A stretch of DNA of 64,000 nucleotides from Haliotis rufescens (Eukaryota): positions 88,598,001 through 88,662,000 of the forward strand of contig NW_025963779.1 in NCBI RefSeq assembly GCF_023055435.1, in the 5' to 3' direction. Position numbers and translations under genes: made by a program. The notes beneath the pieces are model-generated. The model was not told where the DNA came from. It ran no database searches and saw nothing but the letters and a program-made list of their open reading frames with translations. Within the stretch, counting starts at the first letter, position 1; each line of letters opens with the position of its first letter. Below, piece by piece: positions 49,639 to 60,000 of the stretch.

Positions 49639-52600
49639 ATGGGTGAGAACATGAATATCAAGATTGAAACTTTCGAAGCAAACATTGAAGATTTTATGGG
49701 CAGCAGAGGAGGACCAGGACCTGCTCCTGATGGTTGGCAAGCAGAAACGGCATTGGACACGGAGAGGTTTCATCACAACTTCTTCTCCTCTGGACAAGCT
49801 TCATACATCCTTTCAGAAGGACATTACAGTTCAGATCCAGGTGCAAGTGAAAAAATTGAAAGTACTGAGGACATTTCTGAGGATTCTCAAGATAAGGACT
49901 GGAAAGTATCTTATCTGGACTATCAGGTTGACTCTGATGAGGAGGAAATTGAGACTGCTTCTGACAGAGATCTGGACCCCGACTATGACAAGAGTCCAGA
50001 TCCTGATTGGGATGATGGTGACAGTTGGGACAGTGATTACAAACATGGATCAAGAAGTGCAAAGAGGAAAAGGAGTTTTAGAGGAAGGGGGAGGGGGAGG
50101 GGAAGGAGCAGAGACAGCTGTCAAAGCAGGATTGACAGACTCAAGTACAATCTCAGAGAGGTAGATGTTGTGAGCTTTGCATCAAATGTTAAGGGAGGAA
50201 AAGACATCAGCAACCTTCATTCTCTGGTAGCGAAAGGCATGTTTGGACAATATAGGAAGCTACTCAGGCAGGATGTTACTGATAAGGTAAAGAAAGAAAG
50301 CGATGAAACTCTGAAGAAGACAGTTAAGAATGTTTTAAGTGGAAGAAACCTATTGCCATCTCTGTGCAGTTCAGATATTTCTGCAGCCACAGTCAAGTCA
50401 GTAGCCAACATACTGCATGAAGACAATGCCTTGGAAGAGTCTGTTCAGTCATCTGTGGTCAGTGGATCTCATCCAAGTGCAAGTCTGCTCCTCCAGTCAT
50501 TAATCAGAACTGTTCAGGATAAGGATCCAGGAAAGAATGACTTTCCTTTACAGTCATCAAATAGTAGCATAACCAGTGTGGCATCAGTTAGCACTGATGG
50601 TGGCAAGCAGAATCTGGAGGGACTCTCTGGGCGGTCGTTCCTCCTTCTGCAGCACCTTGCTCTGCAGGAACACCAGAAGAAACAACGATTAGGCTCTTTT
50701 TTATCTTTCACTCGTTTCCTTTCTCCAAATGCATACAGCTCCTCTAATGGAGGCAGTGTGTTGAAGTCCATGCTTACTGAAGATCTAGGGTCTACATCTG
50801 ATGCCACAAGTCAAAGAACTGATACAACATTGTTGAGGAAAATGTTGGAGACAACTTATGTTCCTCCTAATGAAACATCATGTGAAGGATCTGAGCTGTC
50901 AAAATTCACTGATGGAAAGACAGAAACGAAACGACCGCTCTCTTTGGAGACATTTGAAGGCTACACTGTGTATGTAGATCAAGCAACATCAGATGATGAC
51001 GATGGTGATCTTGATGATGATGACAAAGATAGAAGTGAGTGCCAGCAGATCCTTGAGGAGCCTGACCTGGAGATGGTCAATATAAAGACTGAGCCTGTGT
51101 CTCCAAGGCGTAGGTATACAGCAGCTGAGAGTTCTCCACAGATCATACCAAATCCAATAATGCAGATTAAGCCGGAACCTCTGTCACCCACGACAGGGGC
51201 TGAGGATGACAGCTTAGCTACACAAGAAACAACATCCAGGGAATGTGAAGACTCTGATTCAATTTATGATCAAAACATAAAAATAAAGAAGGAGCCTGAC
51301 CTTCATTCAACTGAGGAAAGCAAAGAAGACGCGGAGGATAGCCATTCACAGCCTGAAGGATTCCAACAAAACCACCATGCCAGGTTAGATTCAGCAGGGA
51401 CTCACCATGTGGAACAATCATCAGATCTTGCACTTGGCAGCACATTGGAAATGATGCAGGTCAAGTCTGAACCTATCTCTCCAATGTTACCAACACCACA
51501 AGATCCTTGGACAAACAGCCGTCATGGTGATGCTTCACCAAATATATCAAAGAATATTTCAAAATTACAGTCTTCAGATATTCCTGACTTAAATTTGCGC
51601 TCTTTGTTGGTGAATGATGAGACCACATTAAAATCAATGCTTAAGCAAAGGACACAATATAGTGATAATCAGTCCACGAAAAATGTAGATTTTCAAAATT
51701 TCTTGAAACCCAAACAGGGAAGACCACATTATGAGCAAACCCTAAGTCAAAAGATAGCTGCTTTGAAGAAGGAGGTTACCTCTGAAGGTCATACCAATGG
51801 GCCAAGAGATGACAGTGGATCTGAATTTGAAGTTTCAGCATCAACATTTCTGCAGTCTTTGAGCAGACTCTCTTCCTCCTCTTCTGGCAGTAAGGACACC
51901 ATTCTCCGCGGACTGATGGAGGTTAAAGCTTCCACAAATTTAGACAGTCCTAGTCATTCATATAACACAAGACATAAACGAAAACATCAGGATTTATGCC
52001 TTCTTGGTGAAGACCAGGGTACTCCATCAGTTAAACAGGAGAGTTCTGCCTCCAACTATGATCTCAGGGATTCAGCAGAAGCGGTCCCACTGAACCAGTT
52101 TGAGTCACTGTCGCAGGCAATAAATCATAATAGAGCTAATGTTGATGGACTACGGGAGTTAGACATGTGTGAAAGTCTGAGTCGGAACGTCAACTCTTGC
52201 AGCCAACAACTGCTCAACATCATCAAGAGTGTAGGAGCTTCAAAGGTTTCAGAGGAACCCAAGAAACAAAATGTTACAATTTTACAATCTATGCTGAATT
52301 GTGTCAATGAAGGAGAGAACTCTGAGCCATTTGCAAAAACGCCAAAGATGTCAGGACTTTTGGACACAACTACCAGTACAATTGGAATAGGATCCACAAA
52401 TTTTCTAAGTCAGAGTCACATTTCACCCCAAGTCGAAAGAAGCCATTCCCAGGTCCGAGCTGCTAAACAGGTCAGTAAATTCAGAATGATAAGACCCAAA
52501 CCCTTTACTATCGGAACTTCAACCCAAACACAAATGGCATCACTTAGGATTGGCCTCAGGAAAAGGCGTAGCAGATCTGCTGACAAGTCTTCCTTCCGTG

Positions 52601-53508
52601 ATGTTGGTTCAGGTGTATCTGCTCTGCCAACAGAATGTCCCTATCAGTGTAGACTTTGTGGCAATGCATTTAGATCTACATCTCTCTTGGAAGAACACAT
52701 GCATGTTCATTTTGGGTCCATGCCCTTTGGATGCAGCATCTGTCCACAGTCGTTCATGATGGCCAAGGAGCTGGAGGAGCACATGAAGGTCCATGTGAGC
52801 AAGCTGTCTCCTGCAGTAGTATACAAGTGCACTGTGTGTGGAGATGTGTTTGATACTAAGAGGGAACATAATGAGCATCGAATTACCCATGAGACCATCC
52901 AACAGTTTCAGTTCAAAGACAGCAAGAAACAGCAAGGTTCACAGCATGTTAATGATCAGGTTCACAAGTTGAAGGATGTTCATACATGTAAACAATGTGG
53001 GGAAGTTTTTCAGGATATTCACAAGTACGTCCTTCATGTTGACCAACACAATGGATGGTATAAGTGTGAGAAGTGTGACAAAGTGTTGGTGTCGAAGGAT
53101 GAATTCCAGGGGCATATTCTCAACTGTTCGGGGCAGAACTACATCTGTAGTGAGTGTGGAAAGTCCTTTATGCGCAAGGTGGAGTTGAATTACCACATCA
53201 TGTTTCTGCACAAGCAACAGAGTGTGACGTGTGGAGTGTGTAGGGCGGTGTTCTGCTATGAGTCCCACCTGGAGGAGCATGAGCTGGAGCAGCATTCCAG
53301 TGAACTCCAGATGATGTTGCAGGGGGAGTCCTCCCCACAGCCCAACACTGTGGGGGATTTATCCACGGAAAATGGTTGCAAGATATCGGACAGTCTATCT
53401 TTGTCTGTTCAGCGTTCCTCGGGGTCAATGGCCATCTCAGACTTCTCGGTTCAGTGTATGTCGGAACCAGCTGAGTCAGAAGTGTTAACAATATCTGATA
53501 GTGAGTAG
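49639..53508 (+). CDS. C2H2 zinc-finger protein, 1289 aa, single coding exon, 7 C-terminal fingers (one C2HC) and a long acidic/Ser-rich N-terminus
   Basis: Uninterrupted non-repetitive ORF with an in-frame TGA 9 nt before the ATG; fingers CRLC..HMHVH, CSIC..HMKVH, CTVC..HRITH, CKQC..HVDQH, CEKC..HILNC, CSEC..HIMFLH, CGVC..HELEQH (52642-53295). Confidence 0.93.
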   Translation: MGENMNIKIETFEANIEDFMGSRGGPGPAPDGWQAETALDTERFHHNFFSSGQASYILSEGHYSSDPGASEKIESTEDISEDSQDKDWKVSYLDYQVDSDEEEIETASDRDLDPDYDKSPDPDWDDGDSWDSDYKHGSRSAKRKRSFRGRGRGRGRSRDSCQSRIDRLKYNLREVDVVSFASNVKGGKDISNLHSLVAKGMFGQYRKLLRQDVTDKVKKESDETLKKTVKNVLSGRNLLPSLCSSDISAATVKSVANILHEDNALEESVQSSVVSGSHPSASLLLQSLIRTVQDKDPGKNDFPLQSSNSSITSVASVSTDGGKQNLEGLSGRSFLLLQHLALQEHQKKQRLGSFLSFTRFLSPNAYSSSNGGSVLKSMLTEDLGSTSDATSQRTDTTLLRKMLETTYVPPNETSCEGSELSKFTDGKTETKRPLSLETFEGYTVYVDQATSDDDDGDLDDDDKDRSECQQILEEPDLEMVNIKTEPVSPRRRYTAAESSPQIIPNPIMQIKPEPLSPTTGAEDDSLATQETTSRECEDSDSIYDQNIKIKKEPDLHSTEESKEDAEDSHSQPEGFQQNHHARLDSAGTHHVEQSSDLALGSTLEMMQVKSEPISPMLPTPQDPWTNSRHGDASPNISKNISKLQSSDIPDLNLRSLLVNDETTLKSMLKQRTQYSDNQSTKNVDFQNFLKPKQGRPHYEQTLSQKIAALKKEVTSEGHTNGPRDDSGSEFEVSASTFLQSLSRLSSSSSGSKDTILRGLMEVKASTNLDSPSHSYNTRHKRKHQDLCLLGEDQGTPSVKQESSASNYDLRDSAEAVPLNQFESLSQAINHNRANVDGLRELDMCESLSRNVNSCSQQLLNIIKSVGASKVSEEPKKQNVTILQSMLNCVNEGENSEPFAKTPKMSGLLDTTTSTIGIGSTNFLSQSHISPQVERSHSQVRAAKQVSKFRMIRPKPFTIGTSTQTQMASLRIGLRKRRSRSADKSSFRDVGSGVSALPTECPYQCRLCGNAFRSTSLLEEHMHVHFGSMPFGCSICPQSFMMAKELEEHMKVHVSKLSPAVVYKCTVCGDVFDTKREHNEHRITHETIQQFQFKDSKKQQGSQHVNDQVHKLKDVHTCKQCGEVFQDIHKYVLHVDQHNGWYKCEKCDKVLVSKDEFQGHILNCSGQNYICSECGKSFMRKVELNYHIMFLHKQQSVTCGVCRAVFCYESHLEEHELEQHSSELQMMLQGESSPQPNTVGDLSTENGCKISDSLSLSVQRSSGSMAISDFSVQCMSEPAESEVLTISDSE

Positions 53509-54521
53509 TGGTAGCTTGTCATGCAGTGAACTTGATTCAGCTCCCAGCATTGTATACTTCATGCTTGAATGGGATGATTCATCGATAGTATAATAACTGG
53601 TATAATTTCTGTTGAGTGGGGATGCAAACTTATATATACTGGACTTCCCATTATTATCTCTTGCGATTTTAAAGAAATCTAGAAAGTGCACCAGGGGATT
53701 ATGACCATTATGATCTAGGATGACAATGATCATGAGAGGTTTGACCATGTTATTGACCAATATTGACCAACTGTGTGGATACCTGATAGAGGTGTTGTTA
53801 ACCTCGGCCCTGATTCTATCCAACTTCTTTCCAAGACTGACACAAGTTGAGGAAACATGTATTTCAATTTGCATTTATTTTGTGTTCACAAGAATCTAAT
53901 TGTATCATCGTGATCAATATACTTCTGTCGTTTTATGACGCAGTAGTCTGGTCATGCTATGAACTCTGGTAATGGTATTGTAATATCCTTACAAGTGGTT
54001 AGCACCTGGTTAAATGACCAAAGAGATAACTGCCATGATTACACTTATTATGGCTTTACTAGCTATGTTGACTTTGCTGTAGGCAGTTTAGCAGTTTAGC
54101 ATGTTCAGGGCACAGTGGTAAATGCCGCCACCATAAGAGACAAATGTTATTGTATTGGAAGTGGTGCTTGTCTGATATGTAACCATGGTAATGATGGAAT
54201 GATGTGGCATATTAGTTTTGATTGTATTACTATGATTGCTGGTATCAATCATCAGTATTAATCATTTGATAATCAAAATTCCTCTCATTTGTTCCAGTTG
54301 ATATTGTTTTTCCCGGTGTTATTGAAATTGATGATGTTAATGTGATATTTTTGAAGTTTTATTGTCTATATATCTAATCTACACCTCAACTGTATATAAT
54401 GGCTACAATGAACAGATTCTTAAGTATTTATTTGACAACAAATTGTCTCGGACATGTTGAGCAGGACAGTATATTTTAGGACCTGCATATCAGTGTAGCA
54501 AGAGCTGTGTATAGTGGGACC

Positions 54522-55013
54522 CATCTTCCTGAGGCAAGGGCATTAACTGACTATAAAAGTCCAGTTTCCACCCTTGCCAAACTAGGCTGGACTAACAAGT
54601 CTATGCATAGTTCAATCAAAATCGCGCAACGAACTAGACATTGATTTCAACGTGCAGATTTTGGTCAACTGCGGGATTTGCAAAGCATATGTACCCACAA
54701 ATACACGTTGACAGATATTTTGCAAATCTTTTCATGTTTTTCATTAAGGTGTTCAAGTGTTTTGATGCACTTTGCGAGGTAAGGCCCGTTTTATTACAAT
54801 ATAGATCTTGATTATTGGTCAGATCGCCTTGACTGGGCACTAGCCATTGTGCTTGAAGCAATTGCTCAGTTGTCAATAGGAGGGACATAGAAGGGACATA
54901 ACTCGTAATAGCCACTGGTGGTGCAAGGATCCAGCCTTGACATTTCATCCTAGATTGGCAAGGGTGGAAACTGGGCTTTTATGGTCAGTTGGAGCCCTTG
55001 CCTGGGGAAGATG
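54522..55013. mobile_element. Non-autonomous DNA transposon (MITE), TIRs of about 60-70 bp beginning CATCTTCC, TSD agtgggac(c)
   Basis: catcttcctgaggcaaggg...cccttgcctggggaagatg; agtgggacc at 54513-54521 and 55014-55022. Confidence 0.85.
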
Positions 55014-55223
55014 AGTGGGACCTGTATAGGTCCGGTGTTGAGCAGGCACCCCTGTTGTGGCACCAGCAGGTGGTGAGAGTGGATGGTGCTTGGACTGCAC
55101 GCTTTCACAAGACACAGGAATCCTCCTTATTTGTTTCAGTTTTCTTCCTATCTATTCATACTTGACACAATATATTATTATCAGTTTGTAACAGCTCCCA
55201 CAAAAACATCAATTGCTTAATTA

Positions 55224-55312
55224 GGAGCTAGGTTACCTGTAGATTTACTGCGCACAGTGTGAGGTCTGAAATGTTAAGTTTAGCCTGGTTAAATCTACAG
55301 GTAACCCAGCTC
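55224..55312. mobile_element. Short hairpin/MITE-like element
   Basis: gagctaggttacctgtagattta ... taaatctacaggtaacccagctc. Confidence 0.6.
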
Positions 55313-55379
55313 GTTTCAAACAGAATTTTCGTAATGGTGACTGTAACCATGGTAACTTGAATTGACTCTTCACGACTGA

Positions 55380-55385
55380 AATAAA
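55380..55385 (+). terminator. Candidate poly(A) signal of the zinc-finger gene
   Basis: AATAAA followed by a T-rich tract about 1.9 kb after the stop. Confidence 0.4.
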
Positions 55386-55889
55386 ATCATTTCTGCCTCT
55401 TCTTCTTCTTCTTTATTATCTTTTATTGTTTAGTCACTTCAATTCATGTATGGCTCGCTATAGTGAGCTTGCGACTCTCAAATAAATATGCATTGAGTCA
55501 TGATGACTCCCAGTCTGCATCCTGTGTTCAAGGCTGGTGAAACTCTGTTGTGGCCCAGCATGATGGTGCTAATGTGTCTCCTCCAAGAGTCCCCACAACT
55601 GTGGCAGCATTCAATCAGGGTTTTGTTTCAGCCAGTGGTCAGGCTCGCTGACTTGGTGGATGCGTGTCATGGTATCCCAATTGCGTTGATTGATGCGCAT
55701 GATTTCAATCACTGGATTGTCTGGTCGAGACTCAATTATTTTCTGAACACCATCTTATAGCTGATATATTGCTGAGTGCAGTGTTAAACAACAAACAAAC
55801 CAGCATGATGCTGCTAGTGTCTCCTCCCAGAGTCAACGCCACTTCTGTGGCAGCGTTCCATCTGTGTGCCATTAAGAGTATCTGTCAGT

Positions 55890-56172
55890 TGAGTGAGTGA
55901 GTTGGGTTGAACACTGCATTTAACAGTATTCCAGTTATATCACGGCATGTCAGCTTAATGTGGGAGGTAAGCCCAAAGTGATGCAGGTCTCAGACGTTTG
56001 CCACTTTGGTGAAACCCACGATAAGGGTATGGTGCTGACAAACCTAGAAACAATCGGGGCGAACCCGGATTCGAAACCCACAATCATAGGTTACGGGCGC
56101 ATAGGTTTCAAGGGACGCAACTCTGCACAGCGAATCGCAACGCCTGACACGACTGGGCCACCTGTGGCCCCC
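55890..56172 (-). mobile_element. SINE family B
   Basis: Reverse complement of family B; flanking ctgtcagttgagt duplicated. Confidence 0.88.
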
Positions 56173-56374
56173 TTACTGTCAGTTGAGTAGTTGGTCACAA
56201 TGTGACTGACATTATTTTCATGTTGATGGAGAAGTTTTCATGTAAGGCTGCAATGAAAAAGTTATGTGGTTTTCAACTCTTTCCATCTGATTTGATAAAC
56301 ATGATGTAGAAGGTTGTTTCAACACAAATGGCCCCTCCCATGCTTGTGGCTATATCTGTTGATGGCTTGAACAG

Positions 56375-56612
56375 GAGTGTGTGTGTGTGGCTGCTTGTAC
56401 TAGTCCGGACTAATGCCGATTTCATACTGCTAGCCCAATGGGATATCATGCCGCAGTTTAACATGAATACCCCACCCAGACACAGTATGCTGACTGCGTC
56501 AGGCAGGGTAACAACAAGTACCATCTTTTAACGTCTTTTGGTATGACGCGGTCAGGGATCGAACCCCGGACCTTCGGCGCTCCGGGCGCACACTCTACCA
56601 CTAGACCAGGGA
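56375..56612 (-). mobile_element. SINE family D
   Basis: Reverse complement of the 3815-4080 body, with clear A and B boxes. Confidence 0.8.
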
Positions 56613-56682
56613 GACTGTCCTGTTAACAAATGACAACATCGGTGTAGTTACAGGCGATACAGGTTTCAAGTAACAATTAATG

Positions 56683-56688
56683 TTTATT
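56683..56688 (-). terminator. Candidate poly(A) signal of the beta-lactamase-family gene
   Basis: AATAAA on the minus strand 15 nt after the stop. Confidence 0.45.
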
Positions 56689-56703
56689 CGAAACAGTTAC
56701 AGG

Positions 56704-57006
56704 TCATCCGATAATAGGGTTACTGTTACCAGTTCGATAGAATACAGGAGGAGATTTGGATTCAAAACTAGGAATCAGAGCATAAGTATGTCCAGCTGAC
56801 GTCTTGAAAGTAAAGTTGAAATCCATTCTGGGAGCCGGTTTGTCCCAGCTACCTCTAAAAGTGTCGCCTCCACGTGACGCAAGGACCCAGCTGGCGATAC
56901 CGTATGTGGCCTTCAGCTGATGGGACGTGCTGTCGTAGTGGATGCTGATGTTGCCGTACGCCTGGTGTCGGAACGTCCCAGTGTACGCTTGAAGGGCTAG
57001 GTTAGC
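56704..57006 (-). CDS. Beta-lactamase-family gene exon 6 (C-terminal domain)
   Basis: ccccag| ANLALQAYTG...NPIIG*. Confidence 0.88.
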   Translation of the reverse strand, partial: ANLALQAYTGTFRHQAYGNISIHYDSTSHQLKATYGIASWVLASRGGDTFRGSWDKPAPRMDFNFTFKTSAGHTYALIPSFESKSPPVFYRTGNSNPIIG

Positions 57007-60000
57007 CTGGGGATAAACATACACTTGTTATGTATGAAACTACTGCCAGTGATAACATGACTTTATTTGTTGTTCTCTTTCACGAAATTTGAATTTGAAG
57101 ATAAGGTATCTTCAAAGGAGTTGAAAGGCAGTCTCACTAAATCGCGACTTTCCCCTTGTTGGTTGTAAAACATGAATTAAAAACAAAATATATGTGATAT
57201 ATAATGATGTTGATCTATCAAATATGTCATCTATATACAATAGTGAAACCATAAACTATTGATAAAAAATGTATTATGTATGTATTATATATGTTGATCC
57301 ATATCTTAAAAGGGATTGGTAATAAAATTGATGTAAAACAAGTTATTCCAGTTATTTCACTTCTCCAACAATCTGGGGGCACGGGTGGCCCAGTCGTCTA
57401 GGGCGCCGCGATTCGCTGTGCAGAGTTGCGTCCCTTGGGTACGCCATTAACCTATGATTGTGGGTTCGAATCCCGGTTCGCCCCGATTATGTTTCTAGGT
57501 TTGTCAGCACCATACCCGTGCTCGTGGGTTTCACCGAAGTGGTAAACGTCTGAGACCTGCATCACTTCGGGCTTTCCTCCCACATTAAGCTGACACGCCG
57601 CGATATAACTGGAATACTGTTAAAAGCAGCGTTAAACCAAACTCACTCACTCTCCAACAATCTGACCTAAGCCCACGATCAAAACCCCTAATGATATAGT
57701 GGGCACACCCGTCACTTAATCCCTATGTTGTTATGCCCGTACGAATGTTGGGAAAGTGGAGGGGCCAGCCTGAGTTCGACGAAGTCACAATGAAATAGAT
57801 ATAAAATAAATAGCCCTGAAGACGCGTAAGATGATGTAAAGCTGCTGTTGCTTCGAGACCGTATTGGACAATGGCATTAATGTGCTCATGCATTGTATTT
57901 CTACCACTAAGCATCAAGTTCTTTCAGCCAGAATGGAAGCGATTATTGAATTTAATAACACGTCCGTCCTTTACTCACAGTGTGTGTGGCACGTCTCCTC
58001 CTTGTCAACCTTCTCCCAGAGCGTTTACGGGATCCAGAACGTCTCCGTGTGCGCCAGGGGTCGGGGAAGGAGCAGATGGTGCTGGCGTTGATCCAGGGCG
58101 CCTCCGCCAGGTACATGTCCATCAGGTAGGCACTGAGCGACCCCCGTAACCAGTAGTCGGGGTCGGTGCCCGTCATGGTCAGGAACACACCCAGGTTCTT
58201 GTCCGGGATGAGGGTCAGGAAACTCCGGTAGCCGAATGTGCTGCCTGAATGTTGTACCATCGGTATTCCTGCAACAGTGTCAGGATCTGCTGGTGATATG
58301 TTCAAATCACAGATTCGAACCGATACTGGTCCTAGGCATATAAGCACAATACCTGTGCTGAAGTGGAACAGTTAATTTCTGATGTGTCATACACTTTGAC
58401 ATGAAGAGGACATGATGAACATTACTCTATTGTGTGTTTTCATAACTGAGTTACCCCTCTCCGGTATCGTGGATCATTCTTGCTCATCATATCCAGACTC
58501 CATTATTTACAGGCATCGTATACCTGGAGTGCGGCGAATGATTTAGCCTACACCTAGGATTACGAGGAGGCTGAAAGGTTCTGAGCTTTACTATGATAGG
58601 CTGTGTTGATGGAGTTGTTGTAAGATCATCGTTAGTCCAGCCAAACTGTAACTCCATAATACCAGCCTAGTACGGCAAGGGTGGAAACTGGACTTTTGTA
58701 GTCAGTTAACTCCCTTGCCTCTGGAAGGTGTCATCGACCAGGCCCACACACTTCTACCAATGATGATTGTATGTCTTGATCCAGCTGATGTTGAACACTT
58801 CCTCCTGGTGGTCTAAACAAATCCTCCACAGCAGAAATAACATCATCTAAGTTTTCAAAATGCTTGCCAGACAGTTCCTTCTTTAAGTTTGGGAAGAAGA
58901 GGAAACCTAACCCTGCCAAATGTGGTGAATACGGATGTTGTTCAATGACTTCAGATCAACATTCACACTCTGTAACAATGGCGACAACAGACTTGTTCAC
59001 AGGTTTATTGTCCTGGTGGAACAACACACCCTTAGCAGGTTTTCCACGACTTTTACCTTTGATATCCTCACGTAATTGCCTGAGAATATTGGCATCATAT
59101 TGGCCATTAAAGGTCTGACCCCCCGGAAGGTAGTACACCGGTAGGATTCCTTGAAAACTTAGAAAACTGAAGCTATCACCTTGCCAGCTGATGGGAAAAA
59201 TATTTCCCTTTTCTTCGGAGATGATACCACTGAAGTGACAGTTGTTTCTGGCTGATAGCGGTGAACCCAAGACTCATCCATGGTTACAAATCGCTATACA
59301 AAATCAACTAGGTCAACAAGTTATCACGTGAGATGAACCAGAATGTTGAAACCTCTGCCACGCCCAGTTCCTTTCTTAGAATGTTCTCAACTCTCTCATA
59401 AGAGATGCCTACTATATTGGCCACGTGGCGTGTGAAGGGTCGTCGATCATCCATAATCGTATCATGTATATTTTCAACATTTTCCTCAGTGGTTGAAGGT
59501 CTTCCTCGAGACTCTCTTCCCCTCTTGAACTCTGCCACCCACCTCTTAACAGGGGCGGTCGGGTAGCCTAGTGGCTAAAACTTCGCTCGTCGCGCCGAAG
59601 ACCCGGGTTCAATACCCGACATGGGTACAATGTGTGAAGCCCATTTCTGGTGTCCCCCGCCGTGATATTGCTGGAATATTGCTAAAAGCGGTGTAAAACC
59701 ATACTCTCTCACTCACTCACACAACTCTTAACAATGGCGAAAAAAAGGAGCAAATTTGGTTATTTTTCATCAACAGAGAATACCTAGTCACTTTGATACC
59801 TGTCGAAATAAGCATGGAAAGTATTGTACTTAATACACGAAAACCCTTAAGGATATACTATACTCAACAACAAAGGTTCCTGTGACACCAGGCATGTTGG
59901 CATGTTTTTATATGAAATCACGCATTTTCTGAAGTTAGCATGGAAAATTAAACCATTTAAACACCTACAGGAGTCTTTTATCTGTTGCAAACCGAAATTG

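Noticed and set aside
49664-53491. Short overlapping or antisense ORFs within the zinc-finger CDS
   Set aside because: Shadow frames with no independent motifs
57376-57480. Functional tRNA genes at the A/B-box sites
   Set aside because: No complete cloverleaf; each continues into a SINE body with a simple-repeat tail and TSD
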